Part shown: positions 48,765 through 62,760 of the stretch, piece after piece
Numbering within the stretch: the first letter of the stretch is position 1
Layout: each line of letters opens with the position of its first letter
NCBI RefSeq assembly: GCF_006345805.1
Contig: NC_043006.1
Span: 34,658,001 to 34,722,000, forward strand
DNA length: 64,000 nucleotides
Source of the DNA: Octopus sinensis
Lineage: Eukaryota
Direction: 5' to 3'
Notes under the pieces: model-generated
Told to the model about the DNA's origin: nothing
What the model saw: the letters and a program-made list of their open reading frames with translations, nothing else
Databases searched by the model: none
Made by a program: the position numbers and the translations under genes

Positions 48765-48940
48765 GGACCACCACCACCGCCGCTGCCACCACCACCACCA
48801 CCGCCGCCACCACCACCACCACCACCACAGTCGCTGTCGCCGCCATAACCACCACCTCCCACCAATGCCGCCGCCGCCGTCGCCGCCGCCGCCGCCACCA
48901 CCACCACCACCACCACCACCACCACCACCACCACCACCTA
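48765..48940. repeat. (CCA/CCG)n microsatellite
   Basis: Source of the poly-Pro, poly-His and poly-Gly ORFs. Confidence 0.95.
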
Positions 48941-49349
48941 TGCATAAATGCATGTATGAAACAAATAAAAAGATAAAAAATAAAACAATCAGCTTCAAGC
49001 TGTGTTTGTCCTCCAGATTGATTTATTGAGATCCAATCTCAAGACAACAAAATCGCTCATGATTGAGATGTATTTTGGCGGGGTTATAGAATTACACGTA
49101 ATGTCTAAGCGTGACATGACAAATGCAAAGCGACAAAGAGACAAATACAACTCCCCCACCTTGTCCGCTTAAAAAAAGCTCCCCCCGTCCAGCAAAAAAA
49201 GAAAAAAAAAAAGAAAAAGAAAAAAATTACAAAAGAACATGAGATTTTGAGATATTTATCTGAAAACATTTGCATTTCAAGTAATGTTGAAGATTTGCTT
49301 TGAAACGTTTGCTCTCATTATGTTTCCATCATTATTTCTACTCTTTGTA

Positions 49350-49505
49350 AGGCGCCGAACTGGCAGAATCGTTAGCACGCCGGGCTAAATGCTTAGCGGC
49401 ATTTCATCCATCTTTGCTTCTGTGTTCGAATTCCGTCGAGGTCGATGTAATCGACTTGTCACCATGAAATTGCAGGCCTTGTGCCTTTAGTAGAAAGGAT
49501 TATTT
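49350..49505 (+). mobile_element. SINE family B with internal deletion
   Basis: AAGGCGCCGAACTGGCAGAATCGTTAGCACG..GTTCGAATTCC. Confidence 0.8.
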
Positions 49506-49580
49506 CTCCCTTTCCTGTCTGTTTATCAGTCTCTCAGTGTATCCACATCTCCCCCCTCTCACTCTATTAATATATATATA

Positions 49581-49704
<124 letters not shown>

Positions 49705-49842
49705 AAATAAGGCGATTGGGGGCAGCAGTTCGGATGCTGGTGATTAGGCACAGTTGACTGGACATTTAACCTGTTTTGGCGACATTTGCGAGCTGGGGGA
49801 AATGCACACACACACACACACACACACGCACACACACACACA

Positions 49843-49874
<32 letters not shown>

Positions 49875-50022
49875 TCACACACACTTATGCAGGTGCCCCA
49901 CAGAAATATCCACATATTGACAGAGAGAGTGAGGAAGGGAGACGGAGAGAGAGAGAGATACTTTATAGTTTATAAATTGAACACGATTGACATAAAATAT
50001 TTTCCTTTCTTCCTACACATAA

Positions 50023-50073
<51 letters not shown>

Positions 50074-50387
50074 AGGGGAATAGAACGAAAGAAGCATTAA
50101 AACATCCGATGTCATAATCAGCATGGAATCGACGACTCCAAACAGATGACACCAAAATGGCTGCCCCAAACGTTTCTCACTTTAGATCTGACGCGCAGTC
50201 TTCCAGATTTTATTGCTGTCTTAATCATGTCGAACGACTGTCTGGCGACTCATTCGTTGGCTTGAAGTGGCTACAGTAGAAAGCTTAGTGACAAATGTAT
50301 AATTCTAAGTGAACATATGTCCCCTCAAAGTGGAAGAGCATAAAGAAAACCATCCGCTATTTTTTCTAACACAGATCGTCAAATATA

Positions 50388-51320
50388 TTGAGTTGGCAAG
50401 TAAGGTCCCGCGTTTTTTTTTTAAATTTTGGAATTTATTGCGTTTTTAAATTTTGAAATCTCGTTTTGTTTTGAGAATTCTATTTTTGAATCATTTTGGA
50501 ATCTATTTTGTTTTTTTCTAGTTAATTTTAGTTAATATTTGTTTTTTTTCAGATCATTAAAATGGAATGTCAAGTTAAGAAAAACGAGCATTTTCGACAC
50601 CTTCTTTTTGCTTTTAATCAAGGTTCTAAGGCTGCAAAAGCTGCTCGTGACATTTGTGCTGTGTATGGAGAGGGTGCCATAACAGAAAGAACCGCTCGTG
50701 ATTGGTATGCCAAGTTCAAAAATGGAAATTTTGACCTCAAAGACGCACCTCGTTCTGGCTGTCCAGTTGAGTTCGATGAAGAGCGATTAAACCAACTTTT
50801 GCACGAAAATTTTCGTCAAACGACGAGGGAACTGGCAGAGAAAATGGAATGCTCCCATACTGCTATAGAGAATAACCTTCACTCGATGGGAAAGGTTCAG
50901 AAGTATGGCTCATGGTATCCGCATTCTTTAAATGACAGCAACAAAAATCAACGCGCCACAATCTCCCCTGGTTTGCTTGCTCGTCACCGCTCAACTCATG
51001 GACACAAGCAACGATTTCTTTACCGAATCGTTACTAGCGACGAAAAATGGTGCCTGTACATCAATATGAAGCAGCGTAAGGAATGGTTTAGCCCCGGTAA
51101 ACAAGCGACACCGCGCGTGAAACAAGATCTTCATCTGCGTAAAACGATGTTGTGCGATGGTGGGACTGGGAAGGAATTATCCATTACGAATTGCTTGAAC
51201 GGAAACAAACGGTCAACGCGGAACTCTAAGTTCAACAGATGGAACGACTCAGAGATTGCAAACCTCTGTCAAGGCAACACCAACGTTCTTTCAACGATTA
51301 GTCAGAGATGATTTTTAAAA
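50388..51320 (+). pseudogene. Mariner transposase remnant (ORF 50562-51311), 3'-truncated
   Basis: TA|TTGAGTTGGCAAG 5' TIR; HTH region (ICAVYGE..W..KFKNG), W.PH.L and VTSDEKW; frameshift near 51150. Confidence 0.88.
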
Positions 51321-51328
51321 TGAGAATA

Positions 51329-51720
51329 TCTCTCTATATATAAAACTGAGAATATGTGTCTGTCTGTCTGTGTGTTTCCCTAAAACTTGAGAACTACACA
51401 ACCAATTTCATTCAAATTTTACACATGCCTTATTTAGGGTCCGGGGAGTGTCATCGGCAAAAAAAAATGTTCAACTTTTTGCCTAGGGCGAGCCCACAGC
51501 CATATCATATCTTCTCCACTACGATTCCCTAAAACTTGAGAACTACACAACCAATTTCATTCAAATTTTACACATGCCTTACTTAGTTCAACTTCTTGCC
51601 TGGGGCAAGCCCATAGCAATAGCATATCTTCTCCACTATTTCAGTATTACCTGTTAAAAGTGAAACAAAAACATTTCTCTATTTTATGTCAGAAACTTTC
51701 ACTTTAACAATAAAAATTAG
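51329..51720 (+). mobile_element. Helitron-like 5' end with internal ~150-bp duplication; 3' end not defined
   Basis: A|TCTCTCTATATATAAAAC..TGTCTGTCTG as at 44313; CCCTAAAACTTGAGAACTACAC.. occurs twice. Confidence 0.5.
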
Positions 51721-52329
51721 AGATAATAATAACAATTGAATTATATGTAGTATGTAATAATTAAAATCAAACTAAAGTATAATATAATCGTAACGTAACA
51801 AAAGTAAAAATAGCAATTGGTATAAAATTGCAAGTGGTTTCAAATAATTGGGAATAAATTAAAAATTAAATTGGTGTGCAGAAATGGAATAGTCCAGATG
51901 GAGCTGTGCACATACGGTTTACCATGGCATTTACATTAGATTATCTGCTAATTAGCTAGCATTAAGTATCTATATGAAGTTTGGCTGTATGTAATGTCTG
52001 TTTTCTCGAACAACCGCTTCTACTGAGTACTGCTGTTGGTTTATTTCTTATACATAAAGGATTATAGCTTCAACTGCGTACTGCTTTTTGATTCAGCGTA
52101 AGGTTTGTTGTTATTAATGTTTAACTATTGTTATCACGTTTGTTGGTTCCTCGCAAGGGAAACATTGTTGTGTTGCATTTGTTAAATAATTGTAAACTGT
52201 AACCACCACTTGGTTATTGTTTAAAAATTGAATTGTGTCCATGTTTGGGGAAATTGACAATATTTTCACCGTTTATACGGAAGCAATTTTGTTAGAATGC
52301 CTTCGATAGAAGAAAGTCTCAATGAATTT

Positions 52330-52331
52330 CC

Positions 52332-52365
<34 letters not shown>

Positions 52366-52416
52366 ATGGATATATGTATGGACAAATACATATAGATATA
52401 CATAACATATACAGAT

Positions 52417-52450
<34 letters not shown>

Positions 52451-52451
52451 C

Positions 52452-52500
<49 letters not shown>

Positions 52501-52594
52501 ATATATATATTATATATATATATATATTATATAGATAGATAGATATATATATAGATATATATATATAGATATATATATATAGATATATATCTTA

Positions 52595-52638
<44 letters not shown>

Positions 52639-52924
52639 GGGAGTGTTTACAAAAAAAAAAACAAAAGACGAAGACAGGTGGTGTACAAAACAAACAGATG
52701 TATTAGTACAACGCTCAGGAATAGAAAAAAGTATTTTACGTTTCGAACACCTACGCTCTTCTACAGAAAGGGACACAGAAAAAACAAGGAGAGAAAAAAA
52801 TGTGTGTAGTGGCTAACGACCTATCATGGCGACTAGTAATATATATATATTATATATATATATAATATATATATATTATATTACATATATATACATAATA
52901 TATAATACTACATATATTATATAG

Positions 52925-52970
<46 letters not shown>

Positions 52971-52971
52971 G

Positions 52972-53024
<53 letters not shown>

Positions 53025-53533
53025 TATATACATGTATATATACTGATGTATACGTATAGCTTTATATGTATAGATGTATTTCTATAGATATACATGTATA
53101 TGCAAACATGTATGTCTAGATGTATATATAAATGTACATGTAATATGTACACATATATATACACACATATACATGCATACATAATACACCCATACACACA
53201 TACCGATACAACGTAGCCTTAGTCAAGTCACGAGAGCAAAAATCGTATATTACAGCAAAAAGTTTCCTTTTCGAACATCAGCAAGCAATAAAGGGCAGTA
53301 GTAAACCGGGCTTGCGTGTAGCGTGGAAGTTATACTCGGAGACTGGTCAATGTAAAAATCGGCAAAGGACTAGTAACAGAATATTTTGTAAGAATAGAAC
53401 TTTTATCATCGGTCTTAAATCTATTTTCGCCAGTGTGTATATTATATATATATATATATATAATATTATATATATATAATATATTAGCTATATATATATA
53501 TATATATATATATATCATATATATATATACTAG

Positions 53534-53571
<38 letters not shown>

Positions 53572-53720
53572 TATATATCTATATATATATATAATATATA
53601 TATATTATATATATATATATAATATATTATATATATAATATATATATATATTATATCTATATATATAATATATATATATTATAATATATATATATATATA
53701 TATAATGATATAATAATACG
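52330..53720. repeat. TA-rich microsatellite region
   Basis: Direct reading. Confidence 0.9.
52638..52830 (-). mobile_element. ~190-bp hammerhead-like family copy, core 52733-52770
   Basis: Reverse complement CTTT-CTGTAGA-A-GAGC-GTAG-GTGTTC-GAAACGTA-AAAT. Confidence 0.65.
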
Positions 53721-53931
53721 AGAATTTTAATGGAGATAACCTGCAGTATATAATACAACATTTTTGTCTCCGTATATGAGCTAAGTATTAATAAAATGTG
53801 GTATACGATAAAAATTTCGGATATTTGTCTTAAAACATTCAGACAAGAAAATTCAGATATAGCACATGATGTATTATTCCATACGAATATACACTATTAT
53901 GTTAAGAGTTTCATGATAAAATATACAAATA

Positions 53932-54495
53932 TTGGGTTGTCCGAAAGTTCGTGCCGATTTATAGTAGCTTATCTTTCGACTTATTTTAGAACATGTTTGA
54001 GTCCATAAAATAGGATTTGACTACACCTCCATTTAGAGCACAGTTTAAGCTATCTTTTCGTGGAAGAAGGTTTATGTTCCTATAACCTGTGTTAATTCTG
54101 TAACCCTTTAAAATAAAGATGAAAGTCATTTTCGGCAGTTGATGCTTTGGAACCAGACAAAAATTGCTGCTGCAGCTCGGCTGGTATGTGTTACCCCCAC
54201 CCTCCCTATTCCCCAGATATTGCTCCTTCGGATTTCCACTTATTCAGGTCTCTACAGAAAAAGTCTTAATGGTAAAAATTTCAATTCCTTAGATGACGTA
54301 AAAAGATACCTTGACGAATCCTTTGCCTTGAAACCACCCCAATTCTGGGAAGAGGATATTTTCAAGGTAAAAGAAAGATGGAGACGTATTGTGCAACGAA
54401 ATAGTTCAGATTTGGTTCATTAAAAATGTAATGGCAAGTATTTAGTGACCTTTACTTTCCTTTAAAAATCGGAACGAACTTTCCGGACAACCCAA
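53932..54495 (+). mobile_element. Internally deleted mariner (564 bp)
   Basis: TA-flanked TIRs TTGGGTTGTCCG(G)AAAGTTCGT; codes P.YSPDIAPSDFHLFRSL..RWRRIV. Confidence 0.88.
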
Positions 54496-54741
54496 TATAA
54501 ACATAACAATGAAATACGAATATAAACATGAAAAATAAAGACCTAAATTGAAAGAGGCGATTAAATTTTTTTTCCTAACCTGCAGCCGTTTCAGAAAAGT
54601 GGTTGTACGAAGTATTCGAAATTCAGCCCTCCTTCCTCGGGGTTCCTTAATCGAGGTAAAATCCAGCAAAAAGCATTACAGCACTAAATGGTGAGTATTC
54701 AGTTGGTGAAAGTTCAGTTTTTGAGTATCGATGAATAAGTT

Positions 54742-56228
54742 GATTTTTTATTACCCACAAGGGGCCAACAAAGAAGGGACAATACAAATCGGGGAACTTA
54801 AAAATATAACAAAAGTGGATGAAATATAAGGCGAATAAAATTTTTAAAAAAATGAGTTATGAAAAAGATATTACAATGAGGTGCAATGTCCACTCGATCC
54901 CCGAAATCGAGTGGTTACATTTTTGTCAGTCTCTCCCATATTGATTTTTTTTCAAAAATTTTACACAATTCACAAAGTTTATCGCACAAAAATTTCATAG
55001 AGTTTCACAAGACCTTTTGCTAACAGAATTTTCTTTTTTTTTTACCTTCTTTTCCGCAATTTTAAGTGTATTCTATCTCGTGCACCAGTGTGTTGTATCT
55101 CTCCACGCGAGATGGACGCTCTTTCAATCGAAACTTCCAGTGGTCCACCACGTACTTTTCGGCGGCCTCCATGAATCCCTGGAAACTATCCTCGTGGACT
55201 AGAGCACCGGCCTCAAACTCGGTTCCCATCTTAACCCATGATGTTTTCCTTGTTCTCCCTATTATCTCGTCCATTTCAGGACATTTCCTGTATATCACAA
55301 GTTCTCCATAAAATTGGTGTCCCCATTTCAAAACTGTGGTTTCTGTTGAGTGTTCCCTTCTCTTCTTTTTAGGACTGGCTGCTTCTTTGTTCTCTACTCT
55401 TAGTTTCTCCCTTTCACTCTTCTTTCTGTCCATATTTTCTTTTACTGTCGGTGCACCTTTCTCAAGACCGAACAGAGACAGAAGACTCGGTTTTTTCTCG
55501 AGCTCATTTTCTGCTTTTTCTCTTTTTTGTTTCTTTTGTTCTTTTCCTGTTGTTTCTTTTTCCTTGCTTTCCTTTTCTTTCATTGCACTGGCCTTTCCTT
55601 TCTCTTGTCGTTTTTCCTTCATTTGTTCCTTCTCTGTTGCTTCTTTTACCTTATTTTCTTTCTCTTTCAGTGCGTGGTTTTTTCCATTCTCCTGTTCTTT
55701 TTTCTCTCTCTGTTCTTTCTCTGTAGCTTCTCCACTCTGTGTCTTATTTTGTTCCATTTCTTTCTCCACTGTAAATTCATATAGTGGACATTCTGCTCTT
55801 ATATGACCTCTTGTTCCACATAAGTAGCAGTTCGGCCTTCTTCCCTCTACAATTACGCTAATTGTCCTTCCATTTTCTACCTCTATCTGAAAGGGAATTC
55901 GTTCTATATCTTCTGTTGTGGCCATCAGCCACACCTCCACACCAAATCCCTTCCAGTTCACGGCATTGGTTTCTGTGATCGACCCCAGTTCTATTTCATC
56001 TTCCGTCGACTCTAGAATGGCTGTCACCAGCCATTCCGTCTTTATCTCCGGTGGGACGTTTGGGATCTTAACCCTTACTCCTCGTGTTCCTTTGTAAGTT
56101 GGTAACAATAAAATTTTCCGCTCTGAGTACAGTGGAAGATAGCGAGGCCGCCTCTTCACTTGTTGCGCACCTCACTTCCACCGTACCGTATTTCTTCCCT
56201 CTGCTTACATACGTTTGTAAATTCCAAA
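54742..56228 (-). mobile_element. ORF1-only non-LTR element, 5'-truncated; gag-like ORF 55062-56159 with frameshift near 56110
   Basis: CYLCGTRGHIRAEC knuckle, K/E-rich tail; stop followed by ~320-bp UTR ending GGCCCCTTGTGGGTAATAAAAAA; no ORF2. Confidence 0.75.
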
Positions 56229-56351
56229 TATATATGTATGTATGTGTGTGTATGCATATATATATATATATATATATATATGGATTTCGTAGACAGGAAC
56301 TGAAACAAATCGACCGTATATATATGTATGTATATATGTAAGTGTATGTGT

Positions 56352-59010
56352 TTTGGTATTGGCAACATGAATGACAATGGCCACAGACTACTTGAATTTT
56401 GCACATACCATAACCTGTGCATCACTAACATATTCTTTGCCAACAAGACATCCTACAAGGCATCTTGGAGGAATCCAAGATCTCACCACTGGCATCAGCT
56501 GGATCTCATCAGTACACGAAGATCCTTTCTGAATTCTGTTCAACTGACTCGTAGTTACCACAGCGCGGATTGTGACACAGATCATTCACTAATAAGAAGC
56601 AGGGTGAGGATTCTGCCTAAAAAAGTCCATCACTCCAAGAAAATGGGCCGACCCTACACTGCGACAATGTTTTGCTGTTTCTATCAAAGTTGCCCTCAGT
56701 AGCTGCCCAACCACCTCTGCTGAAAGTAGGTGGAATTATATCAGGGAAGCTTTGTATACCACATCAATAGATACTTTCGGCATGAGAGAAAGGCAAAACC
56801 CAGATTTTGTTTAGTGCTGGGCTCTCAGAGCTGGAAACAGTTATCGAAACAAAGCGTGCAGTTCTGATGTAATACAAGAGTGATTCTTCTATAAAGTCAC
56901 TCGAAGAACTCAGAAAGGCAAGAAATAAAACCCAACTGACTGCCAGACGCTGTGCAAATAGGTATTGGCAGGAAATCTGTCAGAGTATCCAGTCAGCTGC
57001 TGACAGTGGCGACACCCGTGGGATGTATGCCGGTTTGAAGAAGGCCCTCGGTCCATCCGCAACCAAGTCAGCCCCTCTGAAATCAACTACTGGGGATTTA
57101 ATCAAGGATCAAAGCAAGCAAATGGGTAGATGGGTGGAGTACTACCAGGATCTCTACTCACGAGAGACCACGGTAGCTGAGGCTGCAATCGAGGGTGTCA
57201 AGATCTTGCCAGTCATGTGTGAACTTGACAGTCTGCCATCTATAGCAGAGCTCACCAAGGCTATTGACTCACTAGCAAGTAACAAGGCTCCGGGAAAAGA
57301 CGGCGTCCTCTTAGAGATCATCAAAACCGGCAAAAACACCATCCTGCTTCGGTACATTCATGAGCTTCTGTGTCAGTGATGGGAAGAGGGTACAGTCCCT
57401 CAGGATATGCGGGATGCTAACATCATTACGCTTTACAAAAACAAAGGTGACCGTGGTGATTGTAACAATTACCGTGGAATATCTCTTCTAAGCACTGTTG
57501 GAAAGGCCTCTACTCGCATTATCCTGTCCAGGCTGCAACTGCTTGCTTCTCGAATTTATCCAGAATCGCAGTGTGGCTTTAGAAGAAGCAGATGAACTAT
57601 TGACATGATATTCTCCATACGCCAACTTCAGAAGTCCAGAGAGCAGAAAATGTCATTATATATGGCCTTCATTGATCGGACAAAGGCCTTTGACTTGGTA
57701 AGTAGAAAAGGCCTTTTCATCCTGCTCCAAAAAATCGGATATCCACCAAAGCTGCTGAGGGTCATCACATCTTTCCATGATGATATGCAAGGCACCATAC
57801 AGCACAATGGTTGAACATCAGCCGCCTTCCAAATAAAAAATGGGGTAAAGCAAGGTTGTGTCCTTGCTCCTACATTATTTGGCATCTTCTTCTCGCTGCT
57901 GCTGTCACATGCCTTTGTGACATCAGATGATGGAGTGTTTCTGCACAGTAGAAGTGATGAGAAACTGTTCAATCTCTCGTGTCTGCGTGCCAAGACCAAA
58001 ATCAGAAGCGTCCTGATCAAGGAGATGCTATTTGCCGATGATGCCGTTCTGGTATCATACACAGAAGAAGCCCTACAAAGGCTCATCAACTGTTTTGAGC
58101 AAGCATGTGGCAACTTTGGCTTAGTTATCAGTCTCAAGAAGACCAACATCATGTGTCAGGCTACATCGACCATCCCAAACATACATATTGGAGACCAAAG
58201 ACTACAGGAGGTGGAGAAGTTTACCTATCTTGGCTCTACCGTCACCTACAACCTATCCATTGATGCTGAGCTCAATATACGCATTGGCAAGGCAGCTGCT
58301 GTGATGACCCAACTCTCCAAACGGGCATGGAACAACAATAAGCTGACCAAGACCACAAAAATTTACCAGGCATGTGTACTTAGCACTCTACTGTATGGAA
58401 GTGAGACTTGGACGCCATACACACGCCATACGACGCCATACGTCGCCTAAATATCTTTCACCTGCGCTGCCTCCGGAAAATCCTTCGCATCAAATGGCAG
58501 AATCATGTCCCCAACAAAGATGTCCTCAAGCAAGCAGGAATACCAAGCATGTTTACACTCCTCACACAAAGACGTATGAGATGGCTTCGACATGTTAGCC
58601 GTATGGAAGATGGCAGAATCCCCAAGGACATACTCTATGGAGAGCGTGCTAGGGGCACTAGGTCTGTGGGACATGAATGCCTGCAACATCAATATTACCA
58701 GCTGGGAAGCAGTTGCCAGCAACCGTGGAGATTGGCGACGTACCGTAAAAGAGGGAACACAAAGGAGTGACATAGAGGGAGAGGAGAAATGGAAAGACAA
58801 GAAAAGACGTCAACAAGAAAGTATGACGTTACAACCAGCCAGGCAAAGTCCTCACTACATTTGCGGCACCTGCCAGAGGGAGTGTTTGTCCAGGATAGGA
58901 CTACACAGCCACAGCAGGAGATGTATTAGGACATGAAATGTAAAAGCCGGACTAGATTATTTTATGCGCAACTCCATTGTCTCCCGAGACAAAAAGGATG
59001 CCAACAACAA
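56352..59010 (+). mobile_element. 5'-truncated, degenerate RTE-clade LINE (end of APE, RT, C-terminal zinc finger)
   Basis: FGIGNMNDNGHRLLEFC, WHQLD, KAPGKDG, YRGISLL, ESQCGFR, GVKQGCVLAP, LFADD (58028-42), FTYLGS, CGTCQRECLSRIGLHSHSRRC; multiple stops. Confidence 0.93.
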
Positions 59011-59037
59011 TATATATGGATTTCGTAGACAGGAACT

Positions 59038-59363
59038 TAAAAGACTCCGCCGGTTACGACGACGAGGGTCCCAGCTGATACGATCAACGGAACAGCTTGC
59101 TCGTGAAATTAACGTGCAAATGGCTGAGCATTCCACAGACACGTGTACCCTTAACGTAGTTCTCGGGGATAATCAGCGTGACAAAGAGAGTGACAAGGCT
59201 GACCCTTTGAAATACAAGTACAACTCATTTTTGCCAGCTGAGTGGACTGGAGCAACGTGAAATAAAGTGTCTTGCTCAAGGACACAACGCGTCGCCGGGA
59301 ATCGAACTCACAACCTTACGATCATGAGCCGAATGCCCTAACCACTAAGCCACGCGCCCTCAC
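59038..59363 (-). mobile_element. SINE family C, full length
   Basis: 11-bp TSD AGACAGGAACT (59027-37, 59364-74); intact A and B boxes. Confidence 0.93.
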
Positions 59364-59629
59364 AGACAGGAACTGAAACAAATCAATCGTATATATATGT
59401 ATATATGTAAGTGCATGTGTGTGTCTTTGTGTCTGTGTTTCGCCCTCATCACTGCCTCACAACTGCTGTTCATTTATTTACATCCACAAAACTTACTGGT
59501 TTCACAAGAACAAACTAATAGAATAAGTACTAGGCTTATCAACATAAAAAAGCACTAGGCTGTGTCTCATATTTCTGTTTGCCCACTCAGTTGTATCTAT
59601 CAATTTATCTTTGTGTGTGTGTGTTTGTA

Positions 59630-59778
<149 letters not shown>

Positions 59779-61989
59779 CACCCTAATGGGAGCCTTAACT
59801 CCCAAATTTTAGTCATTTCTTTTATGATCCAAAACTAGGTCAAACGTACTGAGTGGATCTTTATGAAATTTGGAAATTATATTCTAAGCATAAGGGCCAT
59901 AACCCCCATGACAATTCATATATTTTTGCTGTTGATGAAATTTTAACCATAGATATTAGACACAAATGAAGTAATATTTATAAAATTTCATCTTCTTACA
60001 AAGTTAGAAAGACCCCTCCATGGGGACTTAACACCCACAATTTTGTCATTTTATCTAAGCAAAAACGAATACAGTTGCGCTCTTGGAAGCTGTAGGATTA
60101 CCCGAGCATAAAAGTTGGGCATTATTTCTAATTCAATGGTACAACAGTGTAATAGTTTGCTTTGACATACACTTATATTGTGATTTCTGCAATGTGGTGC
60201 ATAAATTGTTCAGTAAATGAGAGGCATCATTGTCTCCACTGATTCAGTTGCAAAGTGTTGAGTAAAGTTATTTGATTGCAGACCTCCTTTCAGTCTTTTT
60301 ATTATCACTCGGTCACACATAGTCCCCAGATGGTAACATTAATTACAAGGCCTTCCCAGATGAGTGACTGGTTATTCAAAGACATTTATAGATTTTAAAT
60401 TCATTCTGTCCAATTACGTATCAGTATAGTGGTCATTTGCAAACTCCAGAGGTGACACTTTAATTTCTCCTAAGCCCTCACGTCACACAGTTGTTAATGT
60501 TTGATTTCAGTTGGGTCACGCCCTTCCAATTGCTATAGATTCGTAATGCATCTTACGTCTGTGCCTGTCACCTGGATGGTGAGGAATCCTACACTGGGAG
60601 TGGTAACGACTAGGGTAGGGTAACTGACTGCTTATTGTGATCATTCGTCTTGTGGTTTCCATGTGGCACGATTACAATTTTTTTAGGGTGTGTAAAGAGG
60701 GAAATAACCCTCATCTGCAATTTTGATGAAATTCGAAACATAGATATTCCAGTTCATTCAGAAAATATAACAGAAAAGTTTAATTCTTCAATTGATGTAA
60801 CCGGGTATCTCTGCTAGTTTGAAATAAACTCGACTGCTCTCACAAACGAGAATACTAAAAATGAACGCAACCGCTCTCAAAATTTAAGTAAAAAAAAACA
60901 ACAAAAAAAACAGGAAAAATAATCCAGAATCCTTGTCCGGTATCTGATCGATCCCCAAATCTAATCAATTCGTTCCACTCACGAGACCAAACATCCCTGA
61001 AAGTTTTATCCGAATCAGTCCAGCTGTTCTTGAAAGATCTTGTCCACGGGCAAACAAATAAAATGACAGAAAAGAATACCTCCGCCTTAATGAAGGCGGA
61101 TGTAATAAGATCAATAAAAAGGAAAGCATTACGCAAAGGTAATAAATATAATGTGAAAATTTTGCCGTGGGAAAATCCGCCGTATGAAATTTCGTTATAA
61201 ATGACCTCATCAGATGTTTTCTTAATGTTTGATATTGCATAAAGACTTGCTTATTTAATGCTTTTATAAAGCCTTTTATCATTTTTATAAAACTTTTTAT
61301 CGTTTTACATATATTTTTTAAAATGCTCATATAGTGCACTTTATAATTATCCATATGCGGATTTGTCATAGAGCAAATTTTCCCCTATGGTAAAATTTCT
61401 TACGGCGAATTTTCGGGACACGGTGGAGGTTGAAGCTAAGATATGTAGCTATGTACAATTGTATATAGATAGCTATAAACGGTTGTATATATGGAGCTGT
61501 ATACGTTTGTATATACGTAGCTATATACGATTGGATATATGTAGCTATATATGAATATATATATTTAGCTAAATACGATTGTTTATATATGTAGCTATAT
61601 GCGCTTGGACATTTTGTGGTCGTTTCGACGGATGAGGATGATTCAGCGAATCACAGCGGCTGTAGTGTTCTCAATTCGATGTTTCATGTTTTGCCGTGTC
61701 GCCTCAATGAGGAAGTTCAGGACTATCTAGGATATGCATATCCGGTTGCAGATATTGAAGTTGTGGTGTCCATCATTTGGTGGGTGGGGTGGGGGTGAGG
61801 TCAGATGGTGCGCTTTCCGCGGGGCTCGTTTCCTTTTCTTGTCTCGATGTCGGACATGGTTTTGTAGTAAGAGCTTCTTCATTCAGCTCTGTACAAGACA
61901 ATGAATAACAACCCAACGATATAATCACCTTACGAAAGATAAATGAGAACATGAGATAGGACTTGGTAGAGGAATAACTCGCAAGTAGT

Positions 61990-62330
61990 GCTTTTGATGT
62001 AATATTTTCTGTGAAATCTCTGTATCGACTCCGAAAGGATGAAAGGTAAAGTCGACCTCGGCGGAATTTGAACTCGGAACGTAACGGCAGACGAAATACC
62101 TATTTCTTTACTACCCACAAGAGGCTAAACACAGAAAGGACAAACAAGGACAGGCAAATGGATTAAGTCGATTATATCGACCCCAGTGTTTCACTGGTAC
62201 TTAATTTATCGACCCCGAAAGGATGAAAGGCAAAGTCGGAATTTGAACTCAGAACGTAACGGCAGACGAAATACCGCTAAGTATTTCGCCCGGCGTGCTA
62301 ACGTTTCTGCCAGCTCGCCGCCTTCCTATT
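61990..62330 (-). mobile_element. Two family B SINEs; the 62102-62330 copy has the Tx1-like tail
   Basis: Reverse complement ends TGTTTGTCCTTTCTGTGTTTAGCCTCTTGTGGGTAGTAAAGAAATA. Confidence 0.8.
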
Positions 62331-62524
62331 TCCCTAGTTTGATATAACCAGCGACGTTGTATTATACTCAAGGCTTATGTCAGCTAACATTCGTGTCTTT
62401 TAAAAACCAACAGGGACACTTTGTGAATAATAGCCTGCATCAATCGGACGGAATTGGGCTGTATTTAGTCAATATATATAAATGTGTGTGTATGTTTTAT
62501 CATTTCTATGAATCTTTTATTTTT

Positions 62525-62760
62525 TGCTTGTTTCAGGCATTGGATTGCGGCCATGCTGGGGCACCGCCCCGAAGGGTTTTGTCGAACAAATTCACTTCAA
62601 TACTTTTTTTTTTTTTAATCGGGTACTTATTCTGTCAGTCTTTTTTGCCGAATCATTCAATTACGGTGGATGTAAACAAACCAACACATGTTGTCAAGCA
62701 GTGTGGAGAGACAAACACTAACACGCACACACACACACACACACACACGCAAACACACAT
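62525..62760 (-). mobile_element. SINE family A 3' half
   Basis: TTGTTTCAG..GCGGCCATGCTGGGGCACCGCC. Confidence 0.75.

Noticed and set aside
48634-49029. Poly-Pro and poly-His ORFs
   Set aside because: (CCA/CCG)n microsatellite.
50388-54495. One 4.1-kb mariner split by insertions (N-terminal half at 50562, C-terminal half at 54139)
   Set aside because: The 53932-54495 piece has its own matched TIR pair and TA TSDs, and its TIR differs from the one at 50388; two elements.
61150-61415. Repeated GGCGAA..TTTTC..ACGG motifs (also ~33200-33410 and ~43110-43265), a possible DNA transposon family
   Set aside because: Too degenerate to define ends or superfamily.
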